Below are positions 1-7,489 of a stretch of 36,524 nucleotides of DNA, one piece after another (positions within the stretch are counted from its first letter, which is position 1; each line of letters begins with the position of its first letter). This stretch comes from an uncultured Candidatus Saccharibacteria bacterium. Lineage in GTDB: Bacteria > Patescibacteriota > Doudnabacteria > UBA920. Both the position numbers and the translations under genes were made by a program. The notes beneath the pieces were generated by a model that was not told the origin of the DNA, ran no database searches, and worked only from the letters and a program-made list of their open reading frames with translations. The stretch lies in contig CAYIHW010000002.1 in NCBI GenBank assembly GCA_964363335.1, forward strand, positions 1-36,524. Reading direction: 5' to 3'.

Positions 1-2
1 CT

Positions 3-437
3 ATGTACTATTTTGCCTATGGCTCGAATATGAATTTGGAACATATGCGCCGTATTTGCGGCTGGCATTTTACTGTGCTTGGAGGGGTGATTTTAGAAGA
101 CTATCAATTCGGCCCCGATACCCGCGGCTATGCTAATATCCGTCCCGCTCCGGGGCAAAAAGTATATGGCCTGGTTTACGAAGTGGACCAACACTGTATT
201 GATTCATTGGATGAATTTGAAGGCTACCCGACAGTCTTTGGTCGGGCAGAAGTGGTAGTTAAAGATTTTGACGGCGATGAATATAAGGCTTGGGTGTATT
301 TGGAAGCGCCGGAATATTTTGGCGAAGATGAAATAAAAGAAGATTATTTAAAACGGGTTTTAATCGGCGCGCGGGAAAACCGCTTGCCGGAAGAATGGAT
401 TAAGTTTTTAACCGGGTTTGAAAAAACCAAAGTTTAG
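3..437 (+). CDS. gamma-glutamylcyclotransferase family protein (AIG2/GGACT-like)
   Basis: 144-aa ORF with the N-terminal YFAYGSNM motif and a downstream LDEFEGYP motif, both typical of the GGCT/AIG2 fold. The ATG is at nt 3, so the gene is probably complete. Confidence 0.85.
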   Translation: MYYFAYGSNMNLEHMRRICGWHFTVLGGVILEDYQFGPDTRGYANIRPAPGQKVYGLVYEVDQHCIDSLDEFEGYPTVFGRAEVVVKDFDGDEYKAWVYLEAPEYFGEDEIKEDYLKRVLIGARENRLPEEWIKFLTGFEKTKV

Positions 438-445
438 TTTATTGG

Positions 446-612
446 CGACGTAGAGCGGGGCTTAAGCCCTTTGCGGCAAAGAGCTGGACGAGTCCGCCTC
501 AGGCGGGAGCTAATACAGGTTTAAACCTTGTCAGCTTATGCTCCGAAATGTTAGCGGTTCTTTTGCAGTAATACCTCGGTAAGCTTATGCCGTGAGGAGC
601 CTTTATTTACAA
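446..612 (+). ncRNA. candidate structured RNA or attenuator-like element (unassigned family)
   Basis: GC-rich island in a 232-nt intergenic gap. Local hairpins are GGGCTTAAGCCC (458-469) and CCGCC-TCA-GGCGG (494-506). A terminal hairpin CCTCGG..CCGTGAGG (574-597) is followed by CTTTATTT. It shares a 13/15 match (GCAGTAATACCTCGG, 565-579) with 9548-9562. No promoter was recognised, and strand and extent are uncertain. Confidence 0.25.
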
Positions 613-669
613 TTAAGTTTTCCCTTAAACGTTTACAGGCGTTTGGAATTGGAAGATGGTATACCGGGT

Positions 670-942
670 ATGAAAAAACATTTATACATTAAAATTTCCG
701 GTCCGCGGGTACAGGGTATAGGCTTTCGTTGGTCGGCCTATGAAAAATTTGTGGAACTGGAACTGCAGGGCAAAGCGGAAAATAGTGCCGATGGCAGTAT
801 TACAATAAACGCGGAAGGGCCGGAAGAAGTTTTGGCGCAATTGGTGGAGTGGTGCCACCAAGGTCCAATGGGCGCTAAAATTTCCAAAGTGGAAACAGCG
901 GAACCGGCTGAGCCTTTTGCGGCAAAAAATGTTAAAAGTTAA
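670..942 (+). CDS. acyP: acylphosphatase
   Basis: The 90-aa product starts MKKHLYIKISGPRVQGIGFRW, matching the acylphosphatase signature (V-x-G-x-VQGVGFR), and continues through GSITINAEGPEE...GP..A.I. I used the ATG at 670. The track ORF from GTG 592 adds 26 residues that overlap the structured intergenic island. Confidence 0.85.
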   Translation: MKKHLYIKISGPRVQGIGFRWSAYEKFVELELQGKAENSADGSITINAEGPEEVLAQLVEWCHQGPMGAKISKVETAEPAEPFAAKNVKS

Positions 943-971
943 GACTTGCCCCTCTCGGATAATTTGTTTAA

Positions 972-1538
972 ATGAAAAAATATTTTTTAGTTACTATTTT
1001 AATTTTATTACTGGCGGCCGGGGGAGGGTTTTGGTGGCTTAAGAGCAGGCCGGCTTTGCCGACGGAGCCGCCAATAAAAAGACAAACAAAAAATATGCAA
1101 CTAACCAGCTCCGTTTTTTTAAACAACCAAAATATTCCCAGCAAGTACACTTGCGACGGCGACGGGGTTAATCCGCCGCTCGGGTTTAAAGATGCGCCTA
1201 AAGAAGCGGTAACTTTGGTTTTAATTGTGGATGATCCGGATGCGCCGGCTGGGACTTGGGTGCACTGGACGTTGTGGAATATTGACCCGGCCACAACATC
1301 AATCGTGGAAAATTCCACACCGCCTAAAAGTATTGCCGGACAAACCAGTTCCGGACAAAATGTTTACGGCGGGCCGTGCCCGCCTTCCGGTATGCATCGC
1401 TACTTTTTTAAGTTATACGCCCTAGATAATAAACTTTCCCTCTCCTCCTTTTCCTTAAAAGAAGAATTAGAGAAAGCCATGCAGGGGCACGTGATATTGC
1501 AGGCAGAATTAGTCGGGCTATATAGCAGAGAAAAATAG
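972..1538 (+). CDS. YbhB/YbcL-family PEBP (Raf kinase inhibitor-like) protein with N-terminal signal/TM segment
   Basis: Motifs NIPSKYTCDGDGVNPPL, LIVDDPDAP.GTWVHW and GPCPPSGMHRYFFKLYALD are characteristic of bacterial PEBP/YbhB proteins. The N-terminus is hydrophobic (LVTILILLLAAGGGFWW). Confidence 0.85.
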   Translation: MKKYFLVTILILLLAAGGGFWWLKSRPALPTEPPIKRQTKNMQLTSSVFLNNQNIPSKYTCDGDGVNPPLGFKDAPKEAVTLVLIVDDPDAPAGTWVHWTLWNIDPATTSIVENSTPPKSIAGQTSSGQNVYGGPCPPSGMHRYFFKLYALDNKLSLSSFSLKEELEKAMQGHVILQAELVGLYSREK

Positions 1539-1545
1539 CATTTTT

Positions 1546-1599
1546 AAAATCACCCGGCTCTTTTCCGCCAGTTGGCGGAAAAGGGCGGGGTGATTTTTT
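1546..1599 (+). terminator. rho-independent terminator after the PEBP gene
   Basis: 24-nt arms (1546-1569 and 1574-1597) around an AGTT loop, with one mismatch and one U-G wobble that pairs only on the + strand. The hairpin runs into a T-tract at 1594-1599. Confidence 0.8.
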
Positions 1600-1614
1600 A
1601 TTTTTGCAAATAAA

Positions 1615-1623
1615 TGGTATAAT
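1615..1623 (+). promoter_or_regulatory. extended -10 promoter (TGgTATAAT) for the pilin-like operon
   Basis: TG-n-TATAAT lies 45 nt upstream of the ATG at 1668 and directly after the upstream terminator. No good -35 is present at 17-nt spacing. Confidence 0.5.
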
Positions 1624-1667
1624 AAATATGATAATTCGAGCAGTTTTGAAATCAAAAATTATCAATA

Positions 1668-3491
1668 ATGAAGCAAAAAGAAAAATCTAACAAAGGTTAT
1701 ACACTTATTGAATTGCTGGTCAGCGTGGCGGTTTTTGCTATTTTAACTTCGGCATTTTTAGCCGCCTACTCCGCGTTGGCCAAAAGCGTTAAACTGGCCA
1801 GGGAAAAAACTATTCTTTCGGCCATGGCCTCTCAGTATTTGGAAATTGTGCGCAACTTGCCGTTTAGCCAAGTGGGTACCGTTCATGGCGTGCCTGTGGG
1901 ATCATTGCCGGATGAGGTTTCGCCGATTGTCATAACATTGGCCCCGATAACTTATAAAATTTATTACGAAGTGACATGGACTGACGACCCGGCCGATTTG
2001 ACAGCGCTAACCGGCGATGCTTATCCAACTGACTATAAGCAAGTAAAGATGAAAGTTTTAAATACTGTTACGGGACAAATTACCGCTTTTACTACATCGG
2101 TGGCGCCGAAAGGTTTAGAAACCCCAAGTAATACCGGAGTTATGCAAGTTCAGGTGTTTAATTCCACTGGTCAGCCACTGGCCGGAGTAGATGTTTCAAT
2201 TACCGGCGTCTCTAACGGAGTGGCTTTGAATGTATTAACCAATGCGGCCGGGGAGTGGGTGCAGGTGGGTTTACCACCCGGTACTAACGCCTACCATGTA
2301 GTAGCAAGTAAAAATGGATATTCCACCGATCAGACTTATCCGCTTACTGTAGCAAATCCTAATCCCACAAATCCAGACCCGACTATTTTAGCCGGCGTGG
2401 TTACTAACGTGCCCCTGCAGATAGATTTATTAAGCAATTTAACCATTAAAACTCTGGATAATTTTTGCCAGCCAATAAACGGCATCGGGGTGCAAACTAT
2501 TGGTGCCAAAACTATTGGCACTAACCCGACGGTTTATAAGTTTGACCAGACCAATACTTCCGGCCCGGCCAGTTTTCCGGCCGGACAAATTGTATATAAC
2601 AATATTGAATGGGACACTTATACGCCGGCGTTAACCACTTCGACTTTGCAAACCTATAATATTAAAGGAACTTCGCCGATTCAAAAAATAGATGTGCTTC
2701 CCGCTACCGCTCAGACTTTTTCCATAATTTTAACCCCGTCTTCGAACAATAGCTTGTTGGTAATTGTAAAAGACGCCACGACGAAAGCGCCGCTTGAAGG
2801 AGCGACGCTGCAATTGCAAAAAGGGGGAGCCGTGCCGCAAAATTATTTTGGTTCAACCGGAGGCAGCGTCTGGGCGCAGAATGACTGGACAGGGGGAGCG
2901 GGTTTTGCTAATTGGAGCAGCAGCACGCCGACCACTTATTGGGTGGCTGATCCGAATATTTATATAAATAACGGCTCCAACAATATTGAGCTGTTAAAAA
3001 CCGCCGGCAAATATCCCGTTAATGCCACGACCACTTTGGAATCTTCCACTTACGATACAGGAACCGCGGCTAGTGCTTTTACCACTTTAACATGGACGCC
3101 CATTAGCCAGGACGCCTCCACCACCATAGCCCTGCAGTTGGCCGCCAACAATGATAATGCCACTTGGAATTATGTCGGGCTCGACGGGACGAATCAAACT
3201 TATTATATGGTTGCCGGAACGAACATTAATGCAGTTTTGAATAACAAGCAGTATGTGCGCTATAAAGTTTTTTTACAAACCCAGGACGATAGGAAGACCC
3301 CGGCACTGAGTTCCATTAATATTAATTATGTATCCGGCTGTTTTACTCCCGGACAGTATTTGTTTGACAATGCCACTCCCAGCAATGGCGACGCTTACAC
3401 TCTTACTGTTAGTTTGCCCGGATATACGACATTTATTGATAACTATTCAATGGGCGGCAATGGGACAGTTGAAGTTTTATTGAGTAAGTAA
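1668..3491 (+). CDS. large type IV pilin-like protein (prepilin-type N-terminal cleavage/methylation domain plus CarboxypepD_reg-like beta-sandwich repeats)
   Basis: The N-terminus KG/YTLIELLVSVAVFAIL has Gly at -1, Glu at +5 and a hydrophobic helix. Internal segments such as VQVFNSTGQPLAGVDVSITG...NAAGEWV...ASKNGYS resemble carboxypeptidase-regulatory-like domains. Length 607 aa. Confidence 0.8.
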   Translation: MKQKEKSNKGYTLIELLVSVAVFAILTSAFLAAYSALAKSVKLAREKTILSAMASQYLEIVRNLPFSQVGTVHGVPVGSLPDEVSPIVITLAPITYKIYYEVTWTDDPADLTALTGDAYPTDYKQVKMKVLNTVTGQITAFTTSVAPKGLETPSNTGVMQVQVFNSTGQPLAGVDVSITGVSNGVALNVLTNAAGEWVQVGLPPGTNAYHVVASKNGYSTDQTYPLTVANPNPTNPDPTILAGVVTNVPLQIDLLSNLTIKTLDNFCQPINGIGVQTIGAKTIGTNPTVYKFDQTNTSGPASFPAGQIVYNNIEWDTYTPALTTSTLQTYNIKGTSPIQKIDVLPATAQTFSIILTPSSNNSLLVIVKDATTKAPLEGATLQLQKGGAVPQNYFGSTGGSVWAQNDWTGGAGFANWSSSTPTTYWVADPNIYINNGSNNIELLKTAGKYPVNATTTLESSTYDTGTAASAFTTLTWTPISQDASTTIALQLAANNDNATWNYVGLDGTNQTYYMVAGTNINAVLNNKQYVRYKVFLQTQDDRKTPALSSININYVSGCFTPGQYLFDNATPSNGDAYTLTVSLPGYTTFIDNYSMGGNGTVEVLLSK

Positions 3492-3495
3492 TTTT

Positions 3496-4140
3496 ATGGT
3501 AAAAAAAAATTCAGGAAAAAAGTTGGAAAGGTTAAGCGGCGGTTTTACGCTAATTGAAGTTCTTATCGCGATTTTTATTTTTTCCTTAATTAGCGTGGGG
3601 ATAGTAATGACTGTGTCAAATTTATTTTCCGCCGCTACCAGGCAAGGGGGGCTTTTAGCCGATCAAGACCAGGCCAGAAAATTAATTTTTCAAGCAACCA
3701 ATGAATTAAGAAACTCGGTGGCCGGAGCAAACGGCGCCTATCAGCTGGAGTCAGTCGGAAATCAGCAGTTAATATTTTTTACCAACGCGGATCCATCTAC
3801 CGTAACCACCGAACGGGTGCGGTATTATTTGCAAAACGACAAAATATATAAAGGCATAACTAAATATTCCGGAGGAGTTTATAACACTTCCACCGAGCAA
3901 ACATTATTGATGCAAAATAATATTGCCAGCAGCACCGCGCCTTTATTTTATTATTATGACGGCAATTACATAGGCTCCAGCACGCAAAGCGCGCTTGTCC
4001 AGCCGGTTAGTGTAGCCAGTGTTAAATTTATTAAGATGGATGTGCGAATTTTTAACAAAGCCGGAGTGCAAAATCAAAATTCTTATTCGGTTACCGGCGG
4101 AGCCGCGATCCGCAGTGTAAAAAATAATTTAGGACAATGA
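3496..4140 (+). CDS. type IV pilin-like / pseudopilin (prepilin-type N-terminal domain)
   Basis: The N-terminus has SGG/FTLIEVLIAIFIFSLISVGIV with Glu at +5. Length 214 aa. It starts 4 nt after the previous stop. Confidence 0.8.
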   Translation: MVKKNSGKKLERLSGGFTLIEVLIAIFIFSLISVGIVMTVSNLFSAATRQGGLLADQDQARKLIFQATNELRNSVAGANGAYQLESVGNQQLIFFTNADPSTVTTERVRYYLQNDKIYKGITKYSGGVYNTSTEQTLLMQNNIASSTAPLFYYYDGNYIGSSTQSALVQPVSVASVKFIKMDVRIFNKAGVQNQNSYSVTGGAAIRSVKNNLGQ

Positions 4141-4141
4141 T

Positions 4142-5584
4142 ATGGAAATTTTTAATTTTAAATTTTTAATTTTTAAATCCAAACAAACCAGCCAGGCGGG
4201 GTTTTCTATTGTTTATTTGGTGGTGGCAATTTTTATATTTTCCTTGGTGTTACTTTCCATATTGCAGTATGCCGTAACCCAGTTAAAAGTAGTCCGGTCC
4301 ACGGCAAACCGGGAACAGGCTTTCCAAATCGCCGAAGCGGGAATTAATTATTATCAGTGGCATTTAGCCCATTTTCCTTCCGATTACTGGGATGGCAATG
4401 CCAGTACAACACCCGGTCCCTACACTCACGATTACACCGACTTTGACCAGCAAACTGTTTTGGGCAAATATGAAATTACCGTAACGCCGCCGCCGGTAGG
4501 TTCTACGGTTGTGATTATTAAATCTAAAGGCTATACCAGCAGCAATCCAAAGCAAGCCAGAACCATTACTGTGAGGTACGGCATCCCGTCCCTGGCTAAG
4601 TATGGATTTTTAACTAACGAAAGCGTGTGGATTGGCGGGGACGAAAGTATAAGCGGACAAATGCATTCCAATGGTGGGATTAGATTTGACGGTACCGGTA
4701 ATGCGCCTATATCTTCGGCAAAATCAACCTATACTTGTCCGGGCTGGTCGGGTTCGCCTTGCCCTGCCAATAAACCGGGCATCTGGGGGGCAGCTCCGGC
4801 ATCTACAAAGACATTTTGGCAATTTCCAGTACCGAGCATAGTGTTTTCCAGCATGACCACCAATTTAAATAATATGAAAAGTATTGCCACTGCTGACGGC
4901 GCGCCGGCTTATTTGGGCCCTTCCAATAACAAAGGTTATTCTTTGGTATTTAACGCAAATGGCACCGTGGATATTTATATTGTAAAAAGATTGACTAATG
5001 CCCCGAGCAATACCTACGATGTGAATGGGGTTCCAGTTAGTCAATCTATAGATTATGATCCAAATGCTTCGCAAAGGCAATTAATTTATGATGATACCTC
5101 TATTCCGGCTAACGGCATATTTTTTTTCCAGGACCACGTTTGGGTGGAAGGAACGGTGAGCGGCAGAGTAACAGTGGTCGCCGCTGTTCCCGGTGCCACA
5201 AGTAACTATCGTAATATTATAATTGCAAAAAATATTTTGTATGGCGGAACCGGCGACACCTTGGGATTAATTGCCCAGGGTAATGTGTTGGTGGCTTATA
5301 ATGCCCCGACGGATTTAACAGTTAACGCCGCCATGATTGCCCAAAATAGCAGTGTTCAGGTCTATCGGTATCCAAGCTATACCAACGTAAAAAATAGTAT
5401 TACTGTAAACGGGAGTTTGGCCTCCTACGGTCTATGGACTTGGACATATGTTAGCGGGAGTAATGTGATTTCTGGCTTTCGCAATACTTATACCAATTAC
5501 GACGGTAATTTATTATATTCCCCGCCGCCGAGCTTCCCGCTGAGCACAGACGGGTATCAGCAAATTAGTTGGACAAGCGACTAG
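4142..5584 (+). CDS. PilX-like minor pilin / pilus-associated protein
   Basis: QAG/FSIVYLVVAIFIFSLVLLSIL is followed by REQAFQIAEAGINYYQWHL, which is PilX N-terminal-like. Position +5 is Tyr rather than Glu. The start is 1 nt after the upstream TGA. Length 480 aa. Confidence 0.65.
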   Translation: MEIFNFKFLIFKSKQTSQAGFSIVYLVVAIFIFSLVLLSILQYAVTQLKVVRSTANREQAFQIAEAGINYYQWHLAHFPSDYWDGNASTTPGPYTHDYTDFDQQTVLGKYEITVTPPPVGSTVVIIKSKGYTSSNPKQARTITVRYGIPSLAKYGFLTNESVWIGGDESISGQMHSNGGIRFDGTGNAPISSAKSTYTCPGWSGSPCPANKPGIWGAAPASTKTFWQFPVPSIVFSSMTTNLNNMKSIATADGAPAYLGPSNNKGYSLVFNANGTVDIYIVKRLTNAPSNTYDVNGVPVSQSIDYDPNASQRQLIYDDTSIPANGIFFFQDHVWVEGTVSGRVTVVAAVPGATSNYRNIIIAKNILYGGTGDTLGLIAQGNVLVAYNAPTDLTVNAAMIAQNSSVQVYRYPSYTNVKNSITVNGSLASYGLWTWTYVSGSNVISGFRNTYTNYDGNLLYSPPPSFPLSTDGYQQISWTSD

Positions 5585-5614
5585 AATAGCATCAAGAATT
5601 AAGAATTTAGAATC

Positions 5615-6007
5615 ATGAATAGAATTTTTAAAGGTATATTTTTTACTAGCGCCGGAATATTTTTATTAATTACCCCCTCGGTTCAGGCGGCAACCAAATA
5701 CGTGCCTACGCCTCAGCAGTTGCAGCCGCCCCCGGCAAATGTTCAGCCGAATTTGTCCGGTAATATAAATTATGTTGACCCGTCCGGGCAGGGTGTTGAT
5801 GATCAAAAAAACAGCGGTAGCGCCGGTAACCAAATTTCTGAACCAGTCGCCGGGGCGAAAAAAACCCCTAAACAGTCGCTGGTTGAGAATATTATTTTAT
5901 TGCCGGCACAAAATAATGTTGCCGGCAAAATCGCCTGGTGGGTGATAGTTTTAGCTTTAGCCGGGGCGGGGACATGGTTGGTAAAGAAACGGTATGACAA
6001 AAAATAA
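5615..6007 (+). CDS. small secreted Pro-rich protein with C-terminal TM anchor and basic tail
   Basis: The signal peptide ends in SVQA/A and is followed by a P/Q-rich stretch. The C-terminus reads LLPAQNN...IAWWVIVLALAGAGTWLVKKRYDKK. Confidence 0.6.
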   Translation: MNRIFKGIFFTSAGIFLLITPSVQAATKYVPTPQQLQPPPANVQPNLSGNINYVDPSGQGVDDQKNSGSAGNQISEPVAGAKKTPKQSLVENIILLPAQNNVAGKIAWWVIVLALAGAGTWLVKKRYDKK

Positions 6008-7259
6008 TTGTTCTTTTTGCGGAAACAACCAAGTACCACATAGGATTAATTGGTATTTCGAAAGTTTAAATATTCTTCTGACTCCGGTGCGCCAGTTGGT
6101 GCTTTATAATCCCGCTACCAGGATGGCCGCGCGTTTTGGCTGGGGCGGAAAGCTTGTAAAGGCCGTTTTGGCTCTTGGACAGACTCTCAAAATTATTACC
6201 AGCCAGCCGGATAGAAAAAAATGCAAAGTCCGCCGAGCGCAGGTGCTGTGGGAAGAAGCGGAGAAGCGCGGAATTTTAATGAAAGAGCTTTTATTGTTTG
6301 GCAAGCCGTTTGATTGCTATGTTGCGGAGAAGCAACATCCTTCATCGTCAAAAATCAAGGATGAAGGATCAAGGATAATTTTTTCCGGGTTGCCCAGGCC
6401 GGCCGGTTACATTAACCCATGGCTGGATTTAATGGATGACAAATGGTTATTTAAGAAAAAGCTGATGGCAGAAGGTCTGCCGGTGCCAATCGGAGCCAGT
6501 TGCAGAAGTTGGGGTCAGGCTAAACAGATTTTTGATAAGATTCAGCACCAACATAAAAATGAAGGTAGTGTCGGCGAATCGGCGAATCGGCGAATCGGAC
6601 TTCCTGTTTCCGTTATTGTTAAGCCTCGAGCCGGCAGCCGCGGCAGGCATAGCACTACTTTTGTTACTTCCCTGGAAGAGTTAAAAATTTCGTTTCGTAT
6701 TGCTAAACAACTATGTTATTGGGTAATGGTAGAGCAGCAGCTTATGGGTCCGGTTTATCGGGGCACGGTAATAAATTTTGAACTTGCCGGCGTACTGCGA
6801 GGGGATGCCCCCCAAATTATCAGCGATGGCGAGAATGTCATAAATAAATTGATTGAGTTCAAAAACCAAGAACTTTGTCCGGGAGTAAAAAATATTCAGG
6901 CCGATCAACAAATGGAAAGGTTTTTGGGCAGACAAAATTTAACTCTAACCTCGGTTCTCCCGGTTGGGCAGACAATTTATCTTTCGGAAAAAATTGGAGT
7001 GAATTATGGGGGTTCTTCCAGTGAAGATTTTGCAATTTGCCATCCGGACAATCGGGAGTTGTTTGAACGCGCCGCTAAAGTTTTGGGTGATCCGCTGGCG
7101 GGGTTTGATTTTATTATTCCTGATATTGGCAAATCGTGGCGGGAACAAAAGTGCGGATTTATAGAAGTGAATTCTTTGCCGTTTATTAACCTTCATCACG
7201 ATCCGCTTTTGGGCGCTCCCCGTAATGTCGCGGGAAAAGTTTGGGACATGTTGGACTAA
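5994..7259 (+). CDS. cyanophycin-synthetase-like ATP-grasp protein (N plus ATP-grasp domains only, no Mur-ligase-like domain)
   Basis: VIVKPRAGSRGRH...LMGPVYRGTV...ISDGENVINKLIE and HPDNRELFERAAKVLGDPLAGFDFIIPDI...GFIEVNSLP...GAPRNVAGKVWDML parallel the CphA ATP-grasp region. Length 421 aa. It overlaps the upstream gene by 14 nt, and the start codon is uncertain. Confidence 0.7.
   Translation: MTKNNCSFCGNNQVPHRINWYFESLNILLTPVRQLVLYNPATRMAARFGWGGKLVKAVLALGQTLKIITSQPDRKKCKVRRAQVLWEEAEKRGILMKELLLFGKPFDCYVAEKQHPSSSKIKDEGSRIIFSGLPRPAGYINPWLDLMDDKWLFKKKLMAEGLPVPIGASCRSWGQAKQIFDKIQHQHKNEGSVGESANRRIGLPVSVIVKPRAGSRGRHSTTFVTSLEELKISFRIAKQLCYWVMVEQQLMGPVYRGTVINFELAGVLRGDAPQIISDGENVINKLIEFKNQELCPGVKNIQADQQMERFLGRQNLTLTSVLPVGQTIYLSEKIGVNYGGSSSEDFAICHPDNRELFERAAKVLGDPLAGFDFIIPDIGKSWREQKCGFIEVNSLPFINLHHDPLLGAPRNVAGKVWDMLD
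6571..6598 (+). repeat. 8-nt tandem repeat (TCGGCGAA) x3.5 inside the ATP-grasp CDS
   Basis: Read directly from the sequence: tcggcgaa tcggcgaa tcggcgaa tcgg. The unit length is not a multiple of 3. Confidence 0.9.
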
Positions 7260-7264
7260 AAAAA

Positions 7265-7293
7265 TTGACATTCACTACAATACTACATATTAT
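7265..7293 (+). promoter_or_regulatory. sigma70-type promoter (TTGACA-17-TATTAT) upstream of the yerC-like gene
   Basis: TTGACA at 7265-7270, an exact 17-nt spacer, and TATTAT at 7288-7293. Confidence 0.6.
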
Positions 7294-7299
7294 TATAGT
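7274..7299. promoter_or_regulatory. operator-like 26-bp motif, copy 1 (ACTACAATACTACATATTATTATAGT)
   Basis: It overlaps the promoter spacer and -10 and matches the palindrome at 8014-8039 at 22 of 26 positions. Confidence 0.45.
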
Positions 7300-7302
7300 A
7301 AA

Positions 7303-7464
7303 TAGACTTGTTGCTTAATAATTTTTCGAAGCAAAATATGATATTTCAGACAAAACCGCAGTTTATAAATTTTGATGTTTAACCATAGTTAAGCGGAGAA
7401 ATTTTTAACAAGGTTTTGGCGAAAGAGCATATTTTGGGCGAAAAATTATTAAGCAACAAGTCTA
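7303..7464. repeat. long inverted repeat / about 160-nt extended hairpin (MITE-like or structured 5' UTR)
   Basis: A perfect 26-bp inverted repeat (7303-7328 with 7439-7464) is extended by 8 bp (aaaatatg/catatttt, 7333-7340 with 7428-7435) across a small internal loop. An inner pair, caaaacc (7351-7357) with ggttttg (7413-7419), adds further stem. Confidence 0.8.
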
Positions 7465-7489
7465 ATGGCTAAAATAAGAAACAAAAATT

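Noticed and set aside
592-669. N-terminal extension of the acylphosphatase ORF from the GTG at 592 (26 extra residues)
   Set aside because: The conserved acylphosphatase fold starts at the ATG at 670 (MKKHLYIKISG..). The extension overlaps the GC-rich hairpin region and has no family support.
4138-4144. Alternative genetic code (UGA read as Gly or Trp, as in some CPR lineages)
   Set aside because: The TGA at 4138-4140 terminates a pilin-like ORF exactly 1 nt before the next gene's ATG, and the long ORFs are intact under code 11.
7303-7464. Autonomous insertion sequence or transposon
   Set aside because: The element is only about 160 bp, has no ORF and has no informative target-site duplication. 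At most it is a MITE-like element, so it is reported as a repeat and a finding instead.
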